DNA of 64,000 bases, from assembly GCA_963717145.1 (NCBI GenBank), contig OY970325.1:2752001-2816000 (forward strand), given 5' to 3'. Under the pieces are notes generated by a model. That model worked only from the letters and a program-made list of their open reading frames with translations, was not told the origin of the DNA and searched no databases. Position numbers and translations under genes: made by a program. This stretch comes from an uncultured Armatimonadetes bacterium. GTDB taxonomy: Bacteria > Armatimonadota > UBA5829 > DTJY01. Shown one piece after another: positions 28,633 to 39,032 of this stretch; positions within the stretch are counted from its first letter, which is position 1, and each line of letters opens with the position of its first letter.

Positions 28633-30855
28633 TCAGAGCTTCTCGATCCTGAGGGCGATGTCCTTCGTGATCGATGGCAGTTCCATCTCGAGGCCCGCAG
28701 GACCCACCGTCAGCTCCTGCATGTCGGTCTCCTTGCCGGTGTATGTGTCCCAGAACTTGACCTGGTAGCGACCGGAAGGCCATCCGGGGATCTTGAGTCG
28801 TCCGGGAGGCTGCGGCTCGGGCGCCCGCTTGAGAGTACTCACGCGGTACCACGTGTTCTGCGAGTTCTGGATCCAAAGCAGCGATGTGCGATTCCCTCGA
28901 AGCCCGAAGAGCCTGAGGTCCGGCGACGTGCTGAGTTCGGCCTTCTCCAGCAGGTAGTTCACGAGCAGCCAGTCTGTGCCGATGTCCTCGACCATCACCT
29001 TGTGCTCTCCCGCAGGGATCTTCACGGTGTACACACCGTCGTACCCGCGCATCGTCTCGTGCTTCGGGTCGGTCCCCGGGTCGGGCATATCCTTGTCGAG
29101 CACGCGGACACCATCCAACTCGGCGATGAGATGCGCCCCACCGTACCCCGAGACACCCGACACGCGGATCTGCAGCCGGGTCGCGTGCGGCAGGTTCATC
29201 TCGAAGGTAACAGGGTTGTGCAGCGTCGGATGGTTGACGTTGCCGTGCAGGATGCCCGCGACCTCTCCTTCAACAGCAACAGACTTGGGTCCGACTCGCA
29301 CTGTCGTCGGGCGGTTGGCGGTCGACGGCTCCCAGGACGCCGGGCCGGTAATGATCAGATCGGCGTAGGACGGCTTTCCCGGTTCGAGCGAGGTGAATGC
29401 GGCGTTTTCGATCCGCCGGAACGACTCCTTCGGGAAATCGACGCCCTTGATGAAGCTGCTCAGCGCCGCGAAGTGCCCGTACAGGTTGCCCGGTTCGATG
29501 CGGTTGTCCCACCACCAGAGCATCGCCGAGCCCGCCGAGCCGGACATAAGCGTGCTCCAGATGCCGTTGTGGAGGGCGATCGCTTCCGGCGCGATCCCAT
29601 CGCCGCCGCCCGCATCCGTCCCGAACTCGCCGACGTAGTGCGGCTTGCCGTAGGCTTCTTTCTTCCGATGGTTCTGCGTCAGACTAGCTGCGATGTCCCG
29701 CGAGCCGTAGTTGTGCGTCTGGACGTAGTCGATCTGCGGGAGGCGGTCGATCTCCGGCTTGCCGTCCGAGCCCGCGAAACTGGTGGTCCTCAGATGCTTC
29801 CAGGGGTCGATCGAGCGCAGATAGTCGCTCATCTCCGCGTGCCAGCGCGTAACCTCGTCGGGGATGTAGGCGGTCGGCGAGATGATGTCCACCTCGTTCC
29901 AGAACTCCCAGCTCATGACGCGCGTGTCCCATCCGTACCGCGCGACGAGGTACCGCAGCTTGTTCCGATAGAGACGCAGCATGGTCGGGTCTGTCCAGAA
30001 CTCGCGCGGCTCCTTCAATGGCCCGCCATTCGCGGCATTGTGCGGAGTCTGATCCCAGTAGGGATATGCGCCCTCGGAGGTCTTGCGTAGCTCGTTGTAG
30101 CTGTCGAGGCATAGCATCACATACATGCCGCGTTTCGATGCCATGTCGAGCACCTGATCGAGCCGCCAAGCGTTGGCGAGGTCAAACTCCGCGACGGACG
30201 TCTTCTCGAGGGCGAAGGTCGTCCATCCCAGACCGAGCCAGAGCCGAACGTAGTTGCACCCCGCCCGTTCGTACTTCGGCAGCCACGTCTCGTAGCTGAA
30301 CAGGCCGGGCCCATATGCCCAGCAGACGTTCGCGCCGATGGGGACGTATGGCCGATCGTTGTCGAAGGCGAAGTACCGCTTGTCCGACTTGCTGATCCGA
30401 ACGAAGCCGGGGTCGCCGGACGGGACGCACTCGAACTCGATGGGCTTCGATGTCGCGCTCTTGCCCGTGGAGTCCTTCGCCGTGACGAGCAGCGAGTAGC
30501 GACCGATCTGTGAGGGCGAGAACCGGATGCGCCAGCCGGGAGCGCCGTGGGGCGTCATGACCTCATTGCCGCTCTTCAACTCATGCGTGTAGTCCTGGAA
30601 GTAGAACCCCGGCACGGCGATGATCTTTCCGTCCGGCGTGCGGAACCGGCCGTTGACTTCGATCTGCTGCGGGTCGAATGCGTTGTCGTAGTCGCCTTGC
30701 AGGTCGAGCGTGAACTCGACTCTGCCGTAGCGAGGGACCTGGGCGCGGTCAGGCGTCACCTTCCCGAGTTGGAGCGGCTGGTTGGATCTGCCGGCCGCGT
30801 TCGCGACGGTGATCAGCGACAGGATCAGCAAGAGGGAATGCGGCAAACATGTCAT
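28633..30855 (-). CDS. Secreted DUF5060 plus GH5-like glycoside hydrolase
   Basis: YDNAFDP...PGFYFQDY...WRIRFSP (DUF5060-like); SWEFWNEVD acid/base and KPHYVGEFG nucleophile. Confidence 0.8.
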   Translation of the reverse strand: MTCLPHSLLLILSLITVANAAGRSNQPLQLGKVTPDRAQVPRYGRVEFTLDLQGDYDNAFDPQQIEVNGRFRTPDGKIIAVPGFYFQDYTHELKSGNEVMTPHGAPGWRIRFSPSQIGRYSLLVTAKDSTGKSATSKPIEFECVPSGDPGFVRISKSDKRYFAFDNDRPYVPIGANVCWAYGPGLFSYETWLPKYERAGCNYVRLWLGLGWTTFALEKTSVAEFDLANAWRLDQVLDMASKRGMYVMLCLDSYNELRKTSEGAYPYWDQTPHNAANGGPLKEPREFWTDPTMLRLYRNKLRYLVARYGWDTRVMSWEFWNEVDIISPTAYIPDEVTRWHAEMSDYLRSIDPWKHLRTTSFAGSDGKPEIDRLPQIDYVQTHNYGSRDIAASLTQNHRKKEAYGKPHYVGEFGTDAGGGDGIAPEAIALHNGIWSTLMSGSAGSAMLWWWDNRIEPGNLYGHFAALSSFIKGVDFPKESFRRIENAAFTSLEPGKPSYADLIITGPASWEPSTANRPTTVRVGPKSVAVEGEVAGILHGNVNHPTLHNPVTFEMNLPHATRLQIRVSGVSGYGGAHLIAELDGVRVLDKDMPDPGTDPKHETMRGYDGVYTVKIPAGEHKVMVEDIGTDWLLVNYLLEKAELSTSPDLRLFGLRGNRTSLLWIQNSQNTWYRVSTLKRAPEPQPPGRLKIPGWPSGRYQVKFWDTYTGKETDMQELTVGPAGLEMELPSITKDIALRIEKL

Positions 30856-30865
30856 CTCGATGGCC

Positions 30866-33800
30866 TCAATACTCCAGCCGGACCGTGAGCTTCCCGGTGA
30901 CGTCGCCGCGGATGACGACCTCGGACTCGGGTTCGCGGAAGTACGCCTTCTCCCACCCGGGCACGCTCACCGACTTCGGGATCTTGCCCTCGGGGTGGCG
31001 GATTCGGAGGTGGACGGCGAGGATGCGCTGCGTGGCGGAAACGTCTATCTCGGCCTCGATGAATCCCTGGGCCACGTGCGACTCGATCCGATAGCCGACC
31101 TTCCCGAGCCGGGTCGGCGCGTTCTTGACCAGGATCACCTTGCCGTCCTCCAGCCAGCGATCGGTGACGAACGGCGCGAGCCACAACTCCCCCCAGCGCT
31201 CCCGGACGAACATCCATGCCGTCTGCTGCAGGAAGTAGCCGGTCTCATGTGTCTTGTTCCATGCGCCGGCGTTGTGGAAATGCTCCCAGAGCGAGAGGTT
31301 CTCGGTGTTGAGCAGAGATGCGAGCGTGTTGAAGTACGATCGGATGAACGGCTTCACGTCGTCGCGCATGGCGTAGATCTCCGCGTTGCGCGTGTAGTAG
31401 GGCTGGACCTTCGAGAAGCCGCCGAGATTGAACCAGTCGGCCTCGCTCTTCGCCGCAGGGTAATCGAACCATCCCTCGGCGAGAAACTGCACGTCCTCCA
31501 TGTGATCGATCATACGCGCCACCTGGTTCCGAGTGGGCTCGATCACTCCCTGGGGCACGAGGTGATGCGCTCCAAGCTCGACATCGTAGCACCAGCTTCG
31601 ATTGCCGTCCTCGCCGGGGAAGAAGATGCCGGTCGGACCGGGGCAGTGGAGTTGGCCGGGGTAGTACTGCACCCACGTGCCGTCCCGAAGCGGAACGACG
31701 GGCGCTCGGCTCGTGCTCCAAGCGTATGCATCGAGGATGTCTTGCCGGAAGTCGGCGGCATCGGCGAGGAAGTCCTGTGCCCATGAGTTTCCGACCGCCC
31801 TGAGCGCCTCCGATGCCTCCATCAGCCCGGCGTAGTAGTAGCCGTTGAGCGCGAAGTGGTAGGCAAACGCATTCCAATCCGCCCCCACTCCCGGCGGCAT
31901 CAGGCCGTATTCGGGCCGATCCCCTCCAGCGTCATCGCCAACCTTCGTCTTCGCGCGCTGATCGACGATCCATTTGCACGCGCGCTCGACCTCGCCCGCG
32001 ACGTTGTTCATCCACGCCTTGTCCTGCGTCAGGTCGAAGTACTCACCGAGCGTTTGGAGGTGCCAGCCCGTGCCCATGAGCGTGTAGCCGGTCGTCAGGA
32101 ATCCCTCGGGCGAGTAGCGCTTGATGAAGAAGTCGAGCGACTTGCGCATGAAATCGGTCTGGCCCATGAGGCCCATCCCCCGAACGATGGAGTTCGACTC
32201 CGATTCCAGCGGACCGTATCTGTCAGACGCTATCCACGGGGCAATGCGCTTCCCCTCCTCTTCGTTCCGCGCGGCGATCAGGCAGTGGACCTGCGAAGCG
32301 CGGATCACGTTCTCCAGGAGATGATCGGGCGGGACTACAAGCATCGCTGGTTCGAGCACCTTCTTCCAGTACTCGATGAAATCCATGAGCAGGTCGTTGT
32401 TGGTCTTGATCTCGGCCTGCTGATCGGTCGTCAGCTCCCATGTAGGGATGAAGACCCGGCACTGCTGCGACTTGGAGTCGCACGGCTTGACAGGGTCGCC
32501 GGGGAGTTGCCAGTCGATGAAGACCGTGCCGCCCTTCACTCGTGTCCCGACCGATCCAGCACCTGTCGTATCGACTACGGCAAGGAGCTTCCCCTCCATA
32601 TGGACGAGGACCCGACCCTTGAGATTCGTCAGTCTGGCTTCGGTGTTCGTCGCAGCATCATAGAGGAAGGTCAGAGCGATAGAGGCATGTATGGGATCCG
32701 GCGTGTTGTTCCCGGCTGAGAATATGGCGACGAGGACAGGCTTCTTGTTGATAAACGGCCACTCGCCGGACACGTCAGACTTGTCGTAGGGGGCTACGTA
32801 ACAGGATGCGCCGTAGGAGACATCACCATCGCGGCGGGTCGTCATGATTCGGGGGAAAGCCCCGGCATACATACTGCGCTCCGGGTCAGTGATGTCCTTT
32901 CCGCCAAAGGATGGGCTGAGGAGGCATGTCAGTTCACGGAGGTCTCCACCGGCGGGATTCGACTCCGCTCCGGGAACGGCGAACCGGATCGCGCCACTGG
33001 GATGATCGACAACGAACTTGTGGTTGTCGCAAGCGAGGCTGAGCATCGTCGGCCCGTTGTCCTGGATCGGGTTATGTGTTTTGGCCATCGCCTGCTCGAA
33101 TGTCTGATCGGGCATTCGGCGAACGCGTTCGAGGATGGTTTCCTTCCCCGCCATCTGACTCAGGTAATCGTAGACCGACGGGCCATCGGGCTCGATAGCT
33201 GCGAACAGGTAGTGATCCTGCACCCAGACAGCCTTCCTCGACAGCAGGTCATCCACCGCGATGCCGCATGCGAAGGTCTCGTCGCTGAACCGGATCACTG
33301 TGCGGTCGGACTCCCAGGAACGGGGCTCGATGTAGCGAATGCTCAAGTGGATCGGCTTCGACATATCCCACGCAAGGGAGACGCCGGATTCGGGGGAAAC
33401 GATCTCGCCATTGTACATCTCGATCCGGGCGATCCCCTTAGGCGACACATCAGCGATCTCGAGGCGGATATCGGCGGTCTTCCAGGTACGGCTGGTGAGC
33501 GCGACCGGTCTGCTGACGGTCGCGGGCGTGCCGGAGTCGGGCCAGATCCAGCGGATCTTCCACGTGCCGCGCCCGATCTCGGGGCTCGCGATGCGATCGA
33601 TCTTCATGCTCAGGCGGTTTCCGTGCTGCGCGAGCTTCCCCTCGACCGGATGCCATCCACCCTGCCAGGGGGACTCGCCGACCCACGCCTGGACATCCAC
33701 CGAATCGGACGCGGGGCTCGCGGATTCGTTCGCGAACTCGACGGCGACCTCCCGGAGGATTCGGCGTTCGAGCCACTGGAGCCCGATGCACGACCGGCCG

Positions 33801-34531
33801 TCCTTCGATGGGACGACATACGCCCCGTCATCGTTCGGGAGGAGATCGGTGTCGAGGAAGATGTCGTCGGCCTGGAACTCCTGGACGCGGTTCGCCTTCG
33901 AGCCGGTCATGCGCTTCGGATCGAAGGTCACGACTCGGGCAAAGGGTGCGACATCAACGAACTCCTTGGCGGCGATCGGCGTCGGATTCGCGGCGCGGAC
34001 GAGCCGAGCCTCCGCCCAGTCGGCACAGTCGCACGTGATCCCGTCGCCGGCATCGAGGGACACGAGCCGGAGTTCGCCGGCGCCGGTCAGCGGGAGGCTG
34101 ATCGGCTTGGCGGCATCCGACTCGCGCATGACTCCGCTGTCGAAGCGCTTCTCATCGTCGACGAAGACCTGGAAGACGACGCTGCCGGTGTTCGACGCCT
34201 GCTTCTGGACGCCCACCTCGGCCTCGAAGCGGTCATAGAGGCCCTCGAGGTCGATCACGATCTCGCCGGACGCGTGATGCCCAAGGCCCTTGGCGTAAGT
34301 CTTCTCGCCGATCTGCATCGGGAGCGGCGTGACTCCGGGCGCGTGGGCGCATGTGTCGATCCCGAGCGCGCCCCACCCCTGCGCGCTGTGGACGATGACG
34401 TGCGGGATGTCGCTGATGTAGTCGAAGGCGGGCTCAGCGGCGCAGTTCGGCGTACCGATCGCCATCAGAATCACTGCTGGGATGATGTTTCGTATCAGGG
34501 TAGTCACGTGGAACCAACCTTTCCGGCTCAC
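30866..34531 (-). CDS. Secreted NPCBM/NEW2-domain protein with a C-terminal (alpha/alpha)6-like putative glycosidase domain
   Basis: QGWG..GID...YAKGLGHHA...SVVFQVFVD...DGITCDCADWAEARL (NPCBM); C-terminal GLMPPG..ADW and LSLWEHF. Confidence 0.75.
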   Translation of the reverse strand: MSRKGWFHVTTLIRNIIPAVILMAIGTPNCAAEPAFDYISDIPHVIVHSAQGWGALGIDTCAHAPGVTPLPMQIGEKTYAKGLGHHASGEIVIDLEGLYDRFEAEVGVQKQASNTGSVVFQVFVDDEKRFDSGVMRESDAAKPISLPLTGAGELRLVSLDAGDGITCDCADWAEARLVRAANPTPIAAKEFVDVAPFARVVTFDPKRMTGSKANRVQEFQADDIFLDTDLLPNDDGAYVVPSKDGRSCIGLQWLERRILREVAVEFANESASPASDSVDVQAWVGESPWQGGWHPVEGKLAQHGNRLSMKIDRIASPEIGRGTWKIRWIWPDSGTPATVSRPVALTSRTWKTADIRLEIADVSPKGIARIEMYNGEIVSPESGVSLAWDMSKPIHLSIRYIEPRSWESDRTVIRFSDETFACGIAVDDLLSRKAVWVQDHYLFAAIEPDGPSVYDYLSQMAGKETILERVRRMPDQTFEQAMAKTHNPIQDNGPTMLSLACDNHKFVVDHPSGAIRFAVPGAESNPAGGDLRELTCLLSPSFGGKDITDPERSMYAGAFPRIMTTRRDGDVSYGASCYVAPYDKSDVSGEWPFINKKPVLVAIFSAGNNTPDPIHASIALTFLYDAATNTEARLTNLKGRVLVHMEGKLLAVVDTTGAGSVGTRVKGGTVFIDWQLPGDPVKPCDSKSQQCRVFIPTWELTTDQQAEIKTNNDLLMDFIEYWKKVLEPAMLVVPPDHLLENVIRASQVHCLIAARNEEEGKRIAPWIASDRYGPLESESNSIVRGMGLMGQTDFMRKSLDFFIKRYSPEGFLTTGYTLMGTGWHLQTLGEYFDLTQDKAWMNNVAGEVERACKWIVDQRAKTKVGDDAGGDRPEYGLMPPGVGADWNAFAYHFALNGYYYAGLMEASEALRAVGNSWAQDFLADAADFRQDILDAYAWSTSRAPVVPLRDGTWVQYYPGQLHCPGPTGIFFPGEDGNRSWCYDVELGAHHLVPQGVIEPTRNQVARMIDHMEDVQFLAEGWFDYPAAKSEADWFNLGGFSKVQPYYTRNAEIYAMRDDVKPFIRSYFNTLASLLNTENLSLWEHFHNAGAWNKTHETGYFLQQTAWMFVRERWGELWLAPFVTDRWLEDGKVILVKNAPTRLGKVGYRIESHVAQGFIEAEIDVSATQRILAVHLRIRHPEGKIPKSVSVPGWEKAYFREPESEVVIRGDVTGKLTVRLEY

Positions 34532-36787
34532 TCCGCCTTCAAGATCGCACAGCCGAACACGCCGCCGGCGAATTGCCCTTCATGGGCCTGGAACTTCACC
34601 GTTATCCTGTCGCGATCCTTGACCAGATCAGCGGCCAGCGGGTACTCGACGTCATAGAATTCGTTCGGCTTGTTTATGTTGAGCGTCTCGGTCGCGATGA
34701 CACGGTCATTGACGAGAACGTCGAAGGTCCGGCCTCCCGTGTCGCTGCCCCAGTACGTGCAGCATAGGGCAAGCGGTCCCGGCGCGACCTTGAACTCCCA
34801 CGACCACCATCCGCCGGTAACCGCATGTCGCCAGGGATGATTGTTGTACACGCCGGTCGCGGTCTGCTCGCCCTTGAACGCATGGGCGGCCTCGGATGCC
34901 TGATCGCCGGGGATGACCCGGTCGATCGTTCGCGCGAGACGGGCCTTCTCCGCCTCCTGCCTCGCGAGCAACTGCTTGTGTCGGGGGCCGCCGGGCTGCG
35001 TTACTACCCAGTAGACGCCGTACCGCTCGCGCACGATGCGGTTCAGCGGCACGAACGTCAGGTCGGTGGGCTGACCGACGGTTCGGAACGTGAGCGGCTT
35101 CCCCTCGACCGGCTTCATCCACGATCCGATGTCCTCCGGGTCGCCAAGGAAGAAGCAGTCATCCTGCTCGGCCAGGACTCCGGCGAGCACGAGCGGCCCA
35201 TACATGATCGCCATCAACTCCGGGTCATCAGGCATCGGAGCGACATGGAGGGCCATAGGCATCCCAACCTCGAGCTTGTCGCCATCTTTCCAGGTCCGCT
35301 CGACGGAGGCGAATGACCCCGGCCTGGCGGATACACTCACCGCCTCGCCGTTCACCTTCGCCTCCATGCCCTGAGTCGCCCAGTACGGCACATGGATCCG
35401 GATCGCGAGCTTCACAGGATGGCCGCAGTGGACCGTCAGCACGGTCGAATCTTCCTCGGGGAACCGTGTGATCTGCTCCAGACGGACACCCTTCTCGGTC
35501 CAGTCCAGAGTCGAGCTGACGAGGAGGTTGACGTAGACCGCCCGATCGTCGCGGAAGTAGATGCTGTCACCGAGCTTGCCGAACGACTCGACGCCGGTCC
35601 CGTAGCAGCACCAGAAAGTGTCAGTCGGAGTACCGAAGACCTTGGTCGATCCCGTCGCCAGCGGCACATAGTACATCAGCATGCCGGTATCCGGCTCCTG
35701 CGTGCCGACGATGCCGTTGAACCACGCGCGCTCGTAGTAATCGGCGTACCTGGGATCGCCGGTCCAGCGGAACAGGTAGCGGGTGAGCTTCAGCATGTTG
35801 TGCGTCTTGCAGCACTCCTGGTTGTTGTTCGACAGTGTGCCGGCGAGTTGGTTCGGCTCGGGCCAGACCTCGGCCATGGTCGTTCCGCCGGTGGCATAGG
35901 TCCGCGTGTTAACGATCCGGTCCCAGAAGTACGTCGCTGCTTTGCGATACCGCTCGTCGCCTGCGAGTTCATAGTGCCGGGCGGCCGCCGTTCACGATCG
36001 GGATGTGCGTATTGCCGTGTATGTGACTGAGATTGTCATGCTCCAGGGCAAGCGGTCCGAGGAACGCCGCGCTGTCGAATGTATGGGCGAGCGTGAGGTG
36101 GGCCGGATCCTTTGTCACCGCGTAGAGATTGTGCAGGACCTCCGACATGCCGCCGTATTCCACGGTGAGGATCCTGTCGATCTGATACACCGAGAGCTTG
36201 TCCATCCGCTTGCCGAAGTACGCGGCCATCCCCTTCAGGACTTCGAGCGCCTGCTCGTTCCCGCAGAGGTCGTACATGTCATAGAGACCGGCCATGATCT
36301 TGTGGATCGTGTAGTACGCGGCCCAGGGGACGTTCTGCATCGACTCCAGCCGGTCCCAGAAGCTCTCAGGATAGGCCGACAGGTACTCGCCGCCGAGCGC
36401 CTTCTGGCACTTCGCGAGTTCGGCGACCAGGGTATCGGCCTTGTCCTTGATTCGCGCGTCACCCGTGCTCGCGTACATGAGGGCACATGCGGAGAGGTAG
36501 TGGCCGGTGAAGTGCCCACGCACCTCGATCGTCGGAGCCTCCCATCCGCCGAGCGGCTCTCCCGGCGCGGGAAGGCCGGCATTTGCGCGGAAGTTGTACA
36601 GGAGGCGGTCGTTCTCCAGCGAGATAAGGTATCGCCGGTTCGCCTCCTGAGCGTCCTTACACTGACCATCGAGCAGGCGGACCTGCGTCAGGTCAAACGG
36701 CTGCAGGGTCATCTTCACGACCGCCTCCTTCGAGTGTGCCGTGCTGAGCAACAACAGGATGAGAATCGAACAGACTACCAGTTTCAA
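34528..36787 (-). CDS. Beta-L-arabinofuranosidase-like GH127/GH146 (DUF1680), frameshifted near 35985
   Basis: GGWE..RGHFTGHYLSA, YYTIHKIMAGL, HGNTHIP, ECCKTHNMLKL, FWCCYGTG; removing one G in AACGGCGGCCGCC joins the two ORFs; start uncertain (TTG 36787 or ATG 36799). Confidence 0.88.
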
Positions 36788-36801
36788 CTGATCTCCCATG
36801 A

Positions 36802-36953
36802 CGTTCGGGCTGGAGTCGCACTCCAGCCCGGGTAACTGATTGCGGAGTTGTACTCTGCCTGACCTGGCGGTGGGAGTACAACTCCCCATCTAGTCTAGCG
36901 TACCGGAGTACAACTCCGGTACGAACGGAGGAGTACAACTCCGGTACGAACGG
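36802..36953. repeat. Cluster of five GGAGT-NNN-ACTCC hairpins including a 24-bp direct repeat
   Basis: GGAGTACAACTCCGGTACGAACGG at 36905 and 36930; CGTTCGGGCTGGAGTCGCACTCCAGCCCG at 36802. Confidence 0.8.
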
Positions 36954-36966
36954 CGCGCGGGTGAAG

Positions 36967-38024
36967 CTACACGCCCTTGAGCAGCTTGATGTACTGCCGC
37001 GCGACCTTGAGGTCCTCGAGCGCCTCGGGGGCGTCGCAGAGCGGCTTGATCTCGCCCTTGATCGCCGCCACGAAGTTCATCGCCTGCTGCCTCATCGCAT
37101 GGACCCACGGGAGCATCGGCACGATCACCTGCGGGGTAGCGCCACTTGCCCGGGTCGCGCAGGATCTCGACCGCGCCCGGCCGGTTCGATGCCAGCGGAG
37201 CGGGCAGTTCGAGCTTGATGTAGCCGTGCTCGAATGCGATCAGCGCCGACTCCTGCCAGTCGATCGTCGTGCGTGTACGGCGACATCTCGATCGTTCCCG
37301 CCACGCCGCTGTCGCTCTGGACCGCCAGCATCACGCCGGTCGGATCGGCATAGGTCACATGATACCGCTCGCCGAGCAGGTGCGCGCATCAGGTTGACCT
37401 GGTGGATGTAGTAGTTGACGAACGCGATGTAGGCCTCGTAGGTCTCCTCGTCCATGTCCGTCGCGGGCGGATCCCACTTGAAGCGCGGGAGCGGCCTCGT
37501 CGGTGCTGATGTGGCCGCAGAACCCGCTGCGCGACCCAGTCGCCGGCGGGCATCAGGATGCGGACGTACCGCAGCTTGCCCAGTTCGCCGGATTCCTTCA
37601 GCCGGTCGATCTCGGCTCTCGCATACATCGTCGCCGGGTCGCTCCTCTTGTGATAGCCGACCATGTGCCACGAGCCGCCGGCCTTGAGCGCCTTGAGGAT
37701 CTTCTCGCCGGCCTCGATCGAGCCCGCGAGCGGCTTCTCGGTGAAGATCGGAATCCCCGCCTTCGCCAGCTCGGGGATCAGCACTCCGTGCCGCGTGAAC
37801 GGCTGGGACGCCACGATGCCGTCGAGCTTCTCGTTCGCGAGCATCTCCTCGTGGTTCTTGTAGACCCTCGGGATGCCGTACCTCGCAGCGACCAGCTTCC
37901 CCTGCTGCTCCTTGACCTCCGCGAGCGCGACAACCTCGCACTCCGGGACCGTCACGTAGTTCCTGAGATGCGCGCACTGGCCCATCCCGCCAACTCCAAC
38001 AAAACCGATGCGTACTTTATCCAT
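36967..38024 (-). CDS. Gfo/Idh/MocA family oxidoreductase with several frameshifts
   Basis: RIGFVGVGGMG, FTEKP, YYIHQVNL; the C-terminus ...EALEDLKVARQYIKLLKGV* is reached only after multiple frame changes. Confidence 0.82.
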
Positions 38025-38035
38025 GTTATCTCCTG

Positions 38036-38138
38036 TGGAGTGCGGAAGCGGAGTCTGCGGAGCTTCCGCCTTGGATTTGGGAGCGAGGCTCCATGCGAGC
38101 CCAAGCGGAAGCCCCGCAGACTCCGCTTCCGCACTCCA
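38036..38138. repeat. TGGAGTGCGG-type REP doublet
   Basis: 25-bp arms TGGAGTGCGGAAGCGGAGTCTGCGG; the outer 20 bp are shared with 20470-20558. Confidence 0.88.
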
Positions 38139-38193
38139 AAACTATGCTTTCGCCTGCCCGCCTGGAAATCCTTCCGCTTTGATAAGCAGCCAT

Positions 38194-38226
38194 CGTTCGG
38201 GAGGGAGTTGGGCTCCCTCCCGAACG
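38194..38226. repeat. CGTTCGGG-footed hairpin
   Basis: CGTTCGGGAGGGAG-TTGGG-CTCCCTCCCGAACG, perfect 14-bp stem. Confidence 0.8.
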
Positions 38227-38233
38227 GTAAGAG

Positions 38234-38270
38234 TTCCGACACTTGCATTCCGTCGGAAATACGGTATAAT
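38234..38270 (+). promoter_or_regulatory. TA promoter with a putative operator
   Basis: TTGCAT-16 nt-TATAAT; inverted repeat TTCCGAC...GTCGGAA straddles the -35 box. Confidence 0.65.
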
Positions 38271-38290
38271 GTTTACATGGAGGTGAAAGG

Positions 38291-38980
38291 ATGACAACGG
38301 TGAGAGTTTCCGACAAGGGGCAGGTGACACTGCCGGCGAAATCCAGAAAACGGTACGCGGTCAAACCAAGGTCCAGAATGGAAGTTATCGAGACGGAAGA
38401 AGGAATCCTCCTGAAGCCGGAACCTAGTATCCTGGATGCTTACGGTGCGCTTCACAAGTATGCCAGGGGCGATGCTGAAGACTGGGAGAGAGTGCGGACC
38501 GAGATGGAAAAGGCAGTCGCGGAAGAGGTCGAGAGCGGTCTGGAAGCGAGGTCGATAATGCCTGGAGACGCTGAATATTATCAACTGGATGCCAACATCA
38601 TCCTTCGGTACGTACTCCGGGACCATGACGAGCTTTCTCCCAAGGCGCGTGATATCCTGCAGGCGGCGGAAGAGGGAAGGATCGTCCTCCATTGCGATCC
38701 CGTTATCATGTCGGAAGCAGCGTTCGTCCTCTCCTCAACCTACCGTGTAACTCGCGGAGAGGTTGCCGAAATTCTGGAACGTGTACTCAAGCTGGAGAGC
38801 GTCGTCGTGCCTAACAAACAGCGCTATCTGCTTGCGCTCAAGATCTATGCCGAGACGAATGCCCATTTCGGCGATGCGTGCGCGTGTGCGGCGGCCATCG
38901 AGGACTGCGAGGGGCGTCTGTTCTCCTTCGACCGCACGCTCTCCAAGATAGAAGGCATCCACCGGTCGGAGACCGTCTAA
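38291..38980 (+). CDS. AbrB/MazE-type antitoxin fused in frame to a PIN-domain VapC toxin
   Basis: VSDKGQVTLP (AbrB), then LDANIILRY...SEAAFVL...FGDA...FSFD (PIN acidic residues); internal ATG at 38558 with GAGGT. Confidence 0.88.
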   Translation: MTTVRVSDKGQVTLPAKSRKRYAVKPRSRMEVIETEEGILLKPEPSILDAYGALHKYARGDAEDWERVRTEMEKAVAEEVESGLEARSIMPGDAEYYQLDANIILRYVLRDHDELSPKARDILQAAEEGRIVLHCDPVIMSEAAFVLSSTYRVTRGEVAEILERVLKLESVVVPNKQRYLLALKIYAETNAHFGDACACAAAIEDCEGRLFSFDRTLSKIEGIHRSETV

Positions 38981-39032
38981 GCATGTCAGCCGCAGTGAGA
39001 CCGGGAGGCCCCATGTGTCTCAGTGGCGCCGA

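Noticed and set aside
36802..36953. Mini CRISPR array
   Set aside because: Repeats are irregularly spaced with no unique spacers of constant length and no cas genes; they fit REP-like hairpins
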